A stretch of 64,000 nt of DNA from Candidatus Dojkabacteria bacterium (GTDB lineage: Bacteria; Patescibacteriota; Dojkabacteria; SC72). The stretch spans positions 10,163-74,162 of the forward strand of contig JAAZBX010000001.1 in NCBI GenBank assembly GCA_012513575.1, read 5' to 3'. Positions 20,445 to 29,223 of the stretch are shown here, one piece after another. Every line of letters begins with the position of its first letter. The stretch's first letter is position 1. The position numbers were made by a program, and so were the translations under genes. Under the pieces are notes generated by a model that did no database searches, was not told the DNA's origin, and was given only the letters and a program-made list of their open reading frames with translations.

Positions 20445-21449
20445 ATGGAAAAGAAAAGAATTTTAACAGGAGACAGGCCAACTGGCAAACTTCATATTGG
20501 GCATTTACTTGGTTCTTTGTCAAACAGAGTAAAATTGCAGTATGAGTATGACTCTTTTATTGAGATTGCAAACATTCAAGCTCTCTCTGATAATTTCAAC
20601 AATCCTTCAAAAGTTAAAGATGGTATTATAGAACTTCTTTGTGATTATTATGCTGTAGGTATAGATTTTGACAAAGCCAACATATTTATACAAAGCGAAG
20701 TGCCTCAGATACATGAAATATTTATCTATTTGGCCAATTTTGCTACTGTTCAGCAGATACAACATAATCCGACAATAAAGACAGAAATGGCACAAAACAG
20801 ATATGAAGCCTCGACCCCTTTAGGTTTTTTCTTTTATCCAATTCATCAAGCTGCAGATATTTTTTCAGTAAATGCCGACTTGGTACCTGTTGGAAAAGAT
20901 CAATTACCCATGATAGAGGATGCAAGAGAATTGGGAAGAAGATTTAACAAAACTTACGGAGTAGATATCCTTGGTCAACCCGAAGCACTGTTAGGTACAA
21001 AAATAAATGTTCCTGGTATTGATGGAGCCGAGAAAATGGGGAAGAGTTTGAATAACTGTATTTACTTGTCAGATAGTCAAGAGGAATTAAAGAAAAAAGT
21101 ATTTAAAGTATATACAGATCCTACTAGAATACATGCAGACGATCCTGGTCAAGTAGAGGGGAATGTAGCTTTTACATATCTTGATTTATTCTCAGATGAA
21201 TCCCAAAAAGAGGAAATAGAAGATATGAAGAGAAGGTACAGGGAGGGTACAATTAAGGATATTGAAGTTAAGGGAAAACTTTTTGAAGTTATGGATGTTG
21301 TTTTGAAACCCATTAGGGATAGAAGAAAGGAAGCTGAAGAAATGAAGGACGAACTTGTTAAGAAAGCTTTAAATTCGAGCAGAGTTGTCTCATCGATAGC
21401 AAGAGAGACGGCGGATGAAATGAAAAAAGCTATGAAAATTGAATTTTAA
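20445..21449 (+). CDS. trpS: tryptophanyl-tRNA synthetase
   Basis: TGDRPTGKLHIGH, VPVGKDQ, KMGKS. Confidence 0.97.
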   Translation: MEKKRILTGDRPTGKLHIGHLLGSLSNRVKLQYEYDSFIEIANIQALSDNFNNPSKVKDGIIELLCDYYAVGIDFDKANIFIQSEVPQIHEIFIYLANFATVQQIQHNPTIKTEMAQNRYEASTPLGFFFYPIHQAADIFSVNADLVPVGKDQLPMIEDARELGRRFNKTYGVDILGQPEALLGTKINVPGIDGAEKMGKSLNNCIYLSDSQEELKKKVFKVYTDPTRIHADDPGQVEGNVAFTYLDLFSDESQKEEIEDMKRRYREGTIKDIEVKGKLFEVMDVVLKPIRDRRKEAEEMKDELVKKALNSSRVVSSIARETADEMKKAMKIEF

Positions 21450-21476
21450 TAGTATTTAACTTGTAGTGTTATTTCT

Positions 21477-22496
21477 ATGTTAGGAAAGAAGCTTGGAATT
21501 GATTTAGGAACTGCAAATTCAGTTATTTTTGTCCAAGGGGAAGGAGTTGTCTTGACTGAACCTACAGTTGTTGCAATTGATTTAGATACTCGAACTGTTA
21601 TTGCGGTTGGGACGAAAGCAAAACAGATGATTGGTAAAACACCAGAGAATATTGTAGCTAGAAGACCATTAAGAGAGGGGGTAATCGCTGATTCAAGAAT
21701 TACTGAAGCTTTGTTAAGATATTTCTATGATAGAGCTTTAGGTAAATCTAGGTTGATAAAGCCGGATGTAGTAATTAGTGTACCTGCTGGTATAACGTCA
21801 GTAGAAGAGAGAGCTGTCCATAAGGCTGCTAATGCTGTTGGCTCTCGAACTGTGACTCTTCTTCCAGAACCTTTGCTTGCAGCTTTAGGTGCAGGCCTTC
21901 CAATTCACACATCGTCTGGAAACATGATTGTAAATATGGGTGGAGGAACTAGTGAGGTTGGAGTAATGTCCCTTGATGGGATAGTAGAATACGAATCTAT
22001 TAGGGTAGGTGGAGATGCTCTTAACGAATATATTATATCCTATATGAAGAAAAAGAAGGGAATTTTAATTGGAGAGCAAAGTGCGGAGAATATTAAGATT
22101 AAAATTGGTTCCGCTGTTGAAGTTAGAGATCCAAAAGAAATGGAAGTAAGAGGAAGAGATGTTGGCGCTGGAATGCCAAAATCCATTATGGTAGATTCAA
22201 ATGATATTGCCAAAGCAATAGAGTTTCCTTTGAAAAGAATCATATCTGCAATTAAAACAGTTTTAGAGAAGACTCCACCAGAGCTATCGGCTGATATTAT
22301 TGATAGGGGAATGGTCATGAGTGGTGGTACTGCGAAACTAAGGAATTTAGACAAACTTTTTTCTAGGGCTACTGGAGTTCCTTGCCATGTGGCTGATGAT
22401 CCATTGCTTTGTGTCGTAAAAGGAACAGGGATAGCACTTGAACTTCTTGCTACAGGGGAGAGGAAATTCTCGTTTAACAAAGAATTTAGACGATAG
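21477..22496 (+). CDS. mreB: MreB/Mbl actin-like protein (orphan paralogue)
   Basis: IDLGTAN, EPTVVAI, GGGTSE, LEKTPPELSADII. Confidence 0.95.
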   Translation: MLGKKLGIDLGTANSVIFVQGEGVVLTEPTVVAIDLDTRTVIAVGTKAKQMIGKTPENIVARRPLREGVIADSRITEALLRYFYDRALGKSRLIKPDVVISVPAGITSVEERAVHKAANAVGSRTVTLLPEPLLAALGAGLPIHTSSGNMIVNMGGGTSEVGVMSLDGIVEYESIRVGGDALNEYIISYMKKKKGILIGEQSAENIKIKIGSAVEVRDPKEMEVRGRDVGAGMPKSIMVDSNDIAKAIEFPLKRIISAIKTVLEKTPPELSADIIDRGMVMSGGTAKLRNLDKLFSRATGVPCHVADDPLLCVVKGTGIALELLATGERKFSFNKEFRR

Positions 22497-22516
22497 TTTA
22501 TGATATATTAACTCAT

Positions 22517-23677
22517 ATGGGAATTTTAGATAAAAAAAAGAAAAGCATGACACTAGATGAGGTAAGTACAAAGTTGGAGGAACTTAGATTGCCTACAGCT
22601 TTAGTCTTTACGCCACTGAACCTAGAAGTAGAGAGAAAGAAATTTTTTAATTCCGATATATATAGCCCATATTTTAAATACAGGATAGTAAAAAACAGTA
22701 ATGAGAAAATTCTGCAAGAGCTTTCAAAGGTAGAAGAAATTTCAGATATTGATCCAAGGGTATCTCAATTCTATGTCGATTTGATTAAATCAAAAGGGCA
22801 GACAAATGAATTAATGAATGCAGTTGGGAATAATTTAAGAGTAAGTGAAATCTCAAAAGAAAGGTTTGGAATTCCCTCAGAGAAACTTTATAGAAATGCT
22901 TGCAGGGTTTTAAGAGGTACTTTCAATAATTATAAACTAATTAAAAATCCTTCTCTAAAGAAAGAACCTCTTCTTGATTTTAATGATATTGTGAATGTAT
23001 TTGATTTGGTTTTTGAAGAATTAGGGTTAAGTGATTGGCAAGTCTATAAGTCTCAAAATATGGCCAAAAACGGTATGAAGGTAGGTATTAAGAGAAAGCA
23101 GATTTTAGTTAACCCTGAGATCCACAAAAGTAGGTTTAAACTTAAGAAATCGATTGTTCATGAGGTGGGAACACATGTTCTTCGATCAATTAATGGGTTT
23201 AATACAAATTTTTCAGCATTGGGAAATGCTAATTTGCCAAGTTATTTAGATATTGAGGAAGGTTTGGCAACGTACAATGAGAGTGACATGGGTTTATTAA
23301 CAGAAACAGGTCTAAAAAAGAAGGCAGCATTGGTTTTTGCAATTAAAAATGGAGAGCAAATGACTTTTAGGGAATTGTACAACTGTTTGTTAGGAATTTT
23401 CCCCAAATATGCAGCTTTTGATATTGTATATCGTGTGAAGAGGGGACTTGCAGATACAGCAAAACCTGGAATTTATACCAAAGATATTGTTTATTTTAGG
23501 GGTTTTAGAAGAGTAAAAAACTCTTTAGAAAAAGATAACTCACTATACAACAAGCTGTATTCAGGTAAAATTAGTTTGAAACAGGTTTCTTGGGTAGAGG
23601 AGGGTTTGATTCCAAAAGCAAAAACGGTGCCTTCTAAAGAAATGTGGACCAAAATATTCAAGAAAGCAGGTTTGTAA
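22517..23677 (+). CDS. DUF1704 / MATCAP-like zinc carboxypeptidase
   Basis: HEVGTH (HExxxH), EEGLA, RVKRG, YTKDIVYFRG, LYSGKI. Confidence 0.88.
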   Translation: MGILDKKKKSMTLDEVSTKLEELRLPTALVFTPLNLEVERKKFFNSDIYSPYFKYRIVKNSNEKILQELSKVEEISDIDPRVSQFYVDLIKSKGQTNELMNAVGNNLRVSEISKERFGIPSEKLYRNACRVLRGTFNNYKLIKNPSLKKEPLLDFNDIVNVFDLVFEELGLSDWQVYKSQNMAKNGMKVGIKRKQILVNPEIHKSRFKLKKSIVHEVGTHVLRSINGFNTNFSALGNANLPSYLDIEEGLATYNESDMGLLTETGLKKKAALVFAIKNGEQMTFRELYNCLLGIFPKYAAFDIVYRVKRGLADTAKPGIYTKDIVYFRGFRRVKNSLEKDNSLYNKLYSGKISLKQVSWVEEGLIPKAKTVPSKEMWTKIFKKAGL

Positions 23678-23765
23678 TACAGCCCATAGAGATTTCCTCG
23701 GAAATATTGTATAATAATGCGTTAGTCGCACATTAACAAGCGGTGTTAGTTCGAAGGAGGTTATT

Positions 23766-24038
23766 ATGAGTGAGACTCTTGAAAATATTGTATTATGGTT
23801 AACGTTCGCTTTGGTTATGATTACTCTTGTTTTAAGTGTAATGAGATTAAAAGGATTCCTAAAGGAAACAAAAAATCTTAGAATTATGATAATCGTTTTG
23901 TATATACTTCTAGGAGTCCTCCATATCATTGGAACAACTATTCAGCAATCAAGGCTAATAATTATACTAGACGCAGTATTCGGAATTATTTGGCTTATCC
24001 TTGCTTATCTGGAAATAAGACATCCTGTCGTAAGATAG
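23766..24038 (+). CDS. small hypothetical membrane protein (3 TM, 90 aa)
   Basis: TATAAT at 23710, strong SD AAGGAGG, three hydrophobic segments. Confidence 0.8.
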   Translation: MSETLENIVLWLTFALVMITLVLSVMRLKGFLKETKNLRIMIIVLYILLGVLHIIGTTIQQSRLIIILDAVFGIIWLILAYLEIRHPVVR

Positions 24039-24065
24039 GAAAAGAATAAACAAAATGCGACTAAC

Positions 24066-24115
24066 AGCCTAAGGTTAACTGATTTCATATCTTTAGCCTT
24101 AGGCTTTTTTCTTTT
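24066..24115 (+). terminator. intrinsic terminator between convergent units
   Basis: AGCCTAAGGTTAA / TTAGCCTTAGGCT stem + T tract. Confidence 0.75.
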
Positions 24116-25053
24116 TATCTAAATGCTGTAATAATTGCTTCTGCAATATTTACTGGAGTACCCTCTATCTTTGTTTCGTATGCTTTAAATCCAGGGTGGA
24201 AACTAAACTCTTGTACTGCAAGCTTGTTGTTAATATACATAAAATCTACAGCTATAAAATCCGCATTAAGTATGGTAGCCACTTTTTCAGCCATCTCTTT
24301 CATCTCCCTATTGGGTTGATTATACATTTCGTATATTCCCTTACTTACCGTCATGAAGCTATCATTTGCTATTCTTTTCCAGCCACCAATAACCTTACCT
24401 AGTTTTACAAATACTCTGTAATCTTCACCTGTATCAGAAAATTCTTGGATAAAGAAATTTCTATAGTCCCTCTCTCTTAATTCGTCTTCATTATTAATTT
24501 TGAAAACATTCTTCTTAATAACTTCTTTCCCTTCTTTAATTTCAATTCTATTAGCCCCTGTATATTCTTTAATGATCAAAGGAAAATTATTAAGAACTTT
24601 TCTTCTGGTTAAGTAATCTCCATCAGTTCTAAAGTAAGAATTGAAGTAGGGTATATTATTTTTTATACAGAATTGAGCTATTGCAATTTTATTGTAGTAT
24701 GGGAACTTCTTTATTGCTTCAGCATTTTGAACAAAAATCTTTTTGGAAGGGTTTTCTTTGTTATATTCATCTATGAAGTCAATAATGTATCTCTTATAGT
24801 GATACTCCTTTTCATTTTCAAGAGAGTGCCCACGAAAAAGAATATGAGAATAGTCAGAGATAGGGTTGCTATCAGCGAATATTTTCATTTTCCCATCTTG
24901 GAAGACAAATTCTAATTGATCATTAAAGATGAAATCATTTTCAATATTTTTCTTTTTGAGTTCTTCTACTATCCTCTTAGATGCAGTAGGGATTTCTTTC
25001 TCTCCGATTCTAGGTCTTTTGTCGATGATTAAATACCTCATATATTTATACAA
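24115..25053 (-). CDS. RimK-like ATP-grasp protein (ExN motif altered to EFS)
   Basis: FPLIIK, FFIQEF, DYRVFV..GKVIG, FIAVDF, QEFSFHPGF. Confidence 0.8.
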   Translation of the reverse strand: MYKYMRYLIIDKRPRIGEKEIPTASKRIVEELKKKNIENDFIFNDQLEFVFQDGKMKIFADSNPISDYSHILFRGHSLENEKEYHYKRYIIDFIDEYNKENPSKKIFVQNAEAIKKFPYYNKIAIAQFCIKNNIPYFNSYFRTDGDYLTRRKVLNNFPLIIKEYTGANRIEIKEGKEVIKKNVFKINNEDELRERDYRNFFIQEFSDTGEDYRVFVKLGKVIGGWKRIANDSFMTVSKGIYEMYNQPNREMKEMAEKVATILNADFIAVDFMYINNKLAVQEFSFHPGFKAYETKIEGTPVNIAEAIITAFR

Positions 25054-26749
25054 TTTTTATTTTATTTATAAACCTTTTTGTTTTATATCTCTTAACAATC
25101 TTCATTTCATCTTTCTCTGCTTCATCTTTACTTATGATTAACAAATCAATGTTGTTAAAACCCAAGCCATCACTCTTTACTGCATCCCAATCTCTGTGAT
25201 GAACGATTATTCCGTCCAAAGAGGCATTAACCTTAAGAGCTTCCAAAGCTTTCCATTTCTCAAGGCCATCATTAATTTCTAACCCATTTATTCTCATATA
25301 TCCATCTTTGTACTCTCCAATTACATCTTTCTTTGAGAAATATGATCCCCAGAGACTTTTCTCACTAAGAAGTGTTAATATGTCAGGGAGAGTATTTCCT
25401 ATAGCAACAATTTTTTTTGTTTGATTCTCTTTAAGTAGTTTCTCTACAAATGTCTTTACTACATATTCTCTCTCTTCTCCCAAAACAGGGAAGAAATTTA
25501 AATATGCTTCAGGCATGGTATTAACTTCTAATATTGCACCATTCTCTTTTGTTAGAGGCTTACTAATGTCTTTACATAGAACATCTACACCAAGAGTAAA
25601 CGCATGTATAGAGGAGGCAATACTTTCAACCACATACTTAATTTCATCAGACACTTCATCAGTAAAATCCTCTGTGATTCCTCCTTTACTCATACTAGCT
25701 ACCTTTCTGACAGGGATTTTTTCATTTAATTTTGGGATGTAATCTAAAGAGAGATTTTGTTGCTCCAAATGGTCTATGAGGGATTCATCAATTACAATGG
25801 GTTTTAATGTGTGTACTGGGCTAGAGGTGTCCCTTTTTGGATCTTTGTTTGTTTCATTAATTAATTTTTTTATAGAATTTTTTCCATCTCCAATTATGAA
25901 AGCAGGAATTCTTTTTGTTGCAATCTCAAGTTTCCCATCTATAACAAGGAGCCTGTAATCTTCTCCGGGGACCTGTTCTTGGATCATTATCTTTTTTTGC
26001 CATTCCTCTCTTGGTTTCTCATTTACAGACTTTTGTGCAAATTCAAATGCTTTTTTAGCTTCATCAAGAGTATTTAATCCAACCACAACACCGTTCCCCC
26101 CAGTAAGGCCTGTTGGCTTAATTACAACTGGTTTTGCAAAATCAGACCATATTTCCTCTAATTGATTTTTGTTCTCAATTGTTTGCCATTTAGGTATAGG
26201 AAGACCTAATCTAGAGATCATTAAGTTTGTAGACCATTTATCTTTTTGAATCTCTTTGGCGTTTTTGGAATCCTTACTTGATGATATGGAATAGATAATT
26301 TGGGAACCTTTTCCACAACCGAGCGTGTGATGTCTGTTATATGTTTTGGGATATCCGGATTTATTAGTTTGAATAATTGCTTGATCAAGCAGGGTAGGTG
26401 TAATCTCATAGCCAAGGTCGTATGCAGTATTCAATATTGGGATTGTGGACATGGAAGCGACCCTTTGTTTAATTAGTTGATCTACAAGAAGCTCTTTACA
26501 TTTTTCAAATGAAATTTGTGAACAACCCAATTGTTGTAAGTAATCATTTGCTTCTCTCCAAAGAAATGGAATTTTTGTTTCAATATAAAGGTAACCTTGG
26601 GTAAAATAGTATTTTTCAATAAAAAGAGGATGATAATTTTTTACTAAATCTAAAATCTTTTTTACTGAATCGTCCTCATTTACTTCAATAATTACGGTTG
26701 AGTAGGGCGATATTAAGTTTAATCCTTGCAACACTTGTGCTTTCTTCAT
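25046..26749 (-). CDS. cyanophycin-synthetase-like ATP-grasp protein with truncated, P-loop-less Mur-like domain
   Basis: LGCGK, KDKWST, PVVIKP..GGNGV, GEDYRLLVIDGK, RIPAFIIGDG, LEVN; C-terminal GLGFNNIDL echoes the CphA M domain. Confidence 0.8.
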   Translation of the reverse strand: MKKAQVLQGLNLISPYSTVIIEVNEDDSVKKILDLVKNYHPLFIEKYYFTQGYLYIETKIPFLWREANDYLQQLGCSQISFEKCKELLVDQLIKQRVASMSTIPILNTAYDLGYEITPTLLDQAIIQTNKSGYPKTYNRHHTLGCGKGSQIIYSISSSKDSKNAKEIQKDKWSTNLMISRLGLPIPKWQTIENKNQLEEIWSDFAKPVVIKPTGLTGGNGVVVGLNTLDEAKKAFEFAQKSVNEKPREEWQKKIMIQEQVPGEDYRLLVIDGKLEIATKRIPAFIIGDGKNSIKKLINETNKDPKRDTSSPVHTLKPIVIDESLIDHLEQQNLSLDYIPKLNEKIPVRKVASMSKGGITEDFTDEVSDEIKYVVESIASSIHAFTLGVDVLCKDISKPLTKENGAILEVNTMPEAYLNFFPVLGEEREYVVKTFVEKLLKENQTKKIVAIGNTLPDILTLLSEKSLWGSYFSKKDVIGEYKDGYMRINGLEINDGLEKWKALEALKVNASLDGIIVHHRDWDAVKSDGLGFNNIDLLIISKDEAEKDEMKIVKRYKTKRFINKIKIV

Positions 26750-26761
26750 TCTTCTTAGATA

Positions 26762-27751
26762 TTAACTTAAATATTTATCTCGGATGTATTCCATTATAGG
26801 TACAGCTACCTCTGTCTTTTGCCCTTTATCAACTTTGTAGTGTAACCTAAGCCCAGGGTTGTAGTTTACCTCGTTAATTGCACATTTGCTGGGTTTGGAG
26901 ATATTTTCTGCGATAATATCAACTCCTCCAAATTCCGTATCTAGTGCTTTTATAGCTCTTATTGCAAGTTGATTGTAAAAATCATTTACCTCACTTTGAC
27001 ATTCTTCTGTCGTACCACCAGTTGTTAAATTACAATTATACCTAAGTATTACTTCTTCGTCTTTTTGTGGAATTGATTCTAAATTCATGTTATTTCTTTG
27101 TAATTTAAGGACAAGTTCGTTGTCGATTACTATCGGAAGCATTATATTCTTTTTTCTCTCTTCGTTTTTCAATTCTATGAGTTTTCTTATTGAATTCTCT
27201 CCATTTCCGACAATATGTGCGGCCTTTCTTCTAACGACACCAATCACTTTCTCTCCAAGGACTAAGAACCTGTAATTATCACCTTGAACGAATTCTTCTC
27301 CGATTACCTTTTTACTATCATCTGGATTATGTGATAGGTTAAACGCATTTTTGTAAGCATTAAGAACTTGCTCCTCGCTTTGTGGTAAAAGAGAAACGCC
27401 TTTTCCTCCTAATTGTTGTGAGGGTTTAATTACTATATTTTTATAGTTATGAAAGAATTTTATTGCATCAATCTCGCATGCTAGAATTTCTTGTTTTGGT
27501 ACAGGTATTCCATTTTTTTCTAATACCATATGAGTAAGATTTTTTCTTTTACAAATTGTAGTACTTGGAGTTGGAACTAGGGGAGTGACAGTATTGATAA
27601 TATACCAATGTTTGTTTTTAATTTTAAATTCTGCCATTAATCCTGGAACTAATACATGATATTCAATCCCCAGCTTATAAGCTGCTTCAATGTAGTAGGA
27701 GAGATGGATATTTCCTGCTTCTTTTAAAAAATTTTTTTCCCCCTCTGTCAT
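26762..27751 (-). CDS. stand-alone CphA/GshF-type ATP-grasp ligase
   Basis: VIKP...GKGVS, YRFLV, HIVGNGENSI, NLTTGG, GVDII, EVNYNPGLRLH. Confidence 0.85.
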   Translation of the reverse strand: MTEGEKNFLKEAGNIHLSYYIEAAYKLGIEYHVLVPGLMAEFKIKNKHWYIINTVTPLVPTPSTTICKRKNLTHMVLEKNGIPVPKQEILACEIDAIKFFHNYKNIVIKPSQQLGGKGVSLLPQSEEQVLNAYKNAFNLSHNPDDSKKVIGEEFVQGDNYRFLVLGEKVIGVVRRKAAHIVGNGENSIRKLIELKNEERKKNIMLPIVIDNELVLKLQRNNMNLESIPQKDEEVILRYNCNLTTGGTTEECQSEVNDFYNQLAIRAIKALDTEFGGVDIIAENISKPSKCAINEVNYNPGLRLHYKVDKGQKTEVAVPIMEYIRDKYLS

Positions 27752-27768
27752 TTGGTAAATATTTAATA

Positions 27769-29223
27769 TTAATTACTGAATGTTTTACTTGTATCTATTA
27801 AATACCCTTTCAATACTTCTCGACCAATTATTAGATGATAATCTGAATTCTCAATTATTACCACTTCAATATCTTTTATCTCGCCAGAGATTTTCACTTT
27901 AATATCAACAACTGGACGGACTTTGACATCTTCGCCATCAACAATTTTCGCAACTCTTTTGATATTCTCTTCCAAAGTTAATGCTTTTAAATGAGTATCA
28001 ATATATTCCTGAGCCTCTTTAATAGAGTTGAACTTTCTTGGAACATTTAGAGAATTAAAATATTGTGTAGTAGCTAAAAAACCAACTCTGTTAGCAAAAG
28101 TCTCTGACATTCTTGAAGTAAGTACCCCAGTATCCATAAAAGCACGGCCAGATTCTTTTTCGGGCTCTTTCTTCTTTGTTTTGTTTTGGTGAAAGACCAT
28201 TACTTTCTCATCAATTGTAACAACCTTTCTACCACTTATTGTTTCAATACTTTCTTCAACCTCCCCGCCAAAAAGACTCTTTGCTAATCTGATCCCATGT
28301 TTAATATTTTTTACTTCCACATCCTTAACTTTCTCTAGCCTCCATCTAAGTCCTGCTTTATTTGCGACTTGTATTCCAAGCCCAGGTCTTGCGTTAAGTT
28401 CAAAGACAATTGGTCCGTGTTCGGCATCTAGCGCGATATCTACACCAATGTATCCTAATTTTGATACTCTTTGACACTTTAGAGCGATTTCAAGAATTGA
28501 GTCCCATTCAGGTATATGAATTCCGCTTAAAATTTTGTTTTCCTTAAGATCCTGTGTTGTATCGATATCCTCATATGTGTCACTAAAAGGGGAGTTAGTA
28601 TCCATTTGCATAGAATAGGTAGTAATGCCAGTAGCAATATCAATTCCAGTACAAATAGCTCCAGAATGAAGATTTGCGGTACCATTAGACCTTTTTGTCG
28701 GAATTCTTGTCATTGCCATTATGGGTACGCCGTTAAAGCATATTACTCGGATATCTGGGACTCCCTTGTAAGAATACTGTTTAAGTAATGGAGCGGTCTT
28801 CACTCTTTCTTCAATAATAGCAATATCTTTTCGATTTCCCATCGAAAATCTTCCATCTAAGATGTTTTCTATATGAAGGATGATGTCATTTCTTGTCATA
28901 ATATCACCATTTGGTCTAATCCATGCATACTGTCCTTTCTTTTTCCCATAGAAAACAATTATGCCGTTGCCTCCAGTTCCTTGATTTGGCTTAATTACAA
29001 AGCTCTTTGGGAGAGAATCCCAGTCTATGAATTTAAGTTGTTGTTTGTTCCTAATTAATTTGTATACCTCAGGAGTCTTAATATTCTCTTTAGCTAGAAC
29101 CTTTTTTGTCAGAATTTTATTATCCGCAATCCTTTTAGCTGATGGAGGATTAAAAGGTCGAATGTATTCCTGGTTCCTTCTATTTAAACCCAAAATGTTC
29201 TTATACTTACTTCTTTGTGTCAT
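27769..29223 (-). CDS. alpha-L-glutamate-ligase-like ATP-grasp (ATPgrasp_ST) fused to a C-terminal retropepsin-like protease domain
   Basis: ILGLNRRN, FVIKP..GTGGNGI, GVPDIRVI, ANLHSGA, ELNARPGLGIQVAN; C-terminal MDTG...IIGREVL..YLID. Confidence 0.88.
   Translation of the reverse strand: MTQRSKYKNILGLNRRNQEYIRPFNPPSAKRIADNKILTKKVLAKENIKTPEVYKLIRNKQQLKFIDWDSLPKSFVIKPNQGTGGNGIIVFYGKKKGQYAWIRPNGDIMTRNDIILHIENILDGRFSMGNRKDIAIIEERVKTAPLLKQYSYKGVPDIRVICFNGVPIMAMTRIPTKRSNGTANLHSGAICTGIDIATGITTYSMQMDTNSPFSDTYEDIDTTQDLKENKILSGIHIPEWDSILEIALKCQRVSKLGYIGVDIALDAEHGPIVFELNARPGLGIQVANKAGLRWRLEKVKDVEVKNIKHGIRLAKSLFGGEVEESIETISGRKVVTIDEKVMVFHQNKTKKKEPEKESGRAFMDTGVLTSRMSETFANRVGFLATTQYFNSLNVPRKFNSIKEAQEYIDTHLKALTLEENIKRVAKIVDGEDVKVRPVVDIKVKISGEIKDIEVVIIENSDYHLIIGREVLKGYLIDTSKTFSN

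Noticed and set aside
23721-24065. Integron gene cassette (GTTAG...CTAAC)
   Set aside because: Does not fit GTTRRRY/RYYYAAC; no attC structure and no integrase.
25046-27751. Canonical cyanophycin (cphA1/cphB) or glutathione (gshF) pathway
   Set aside because: No intact Mur ligase domain, no cyanophycinase and no glutamate-cysteine ligase domain.
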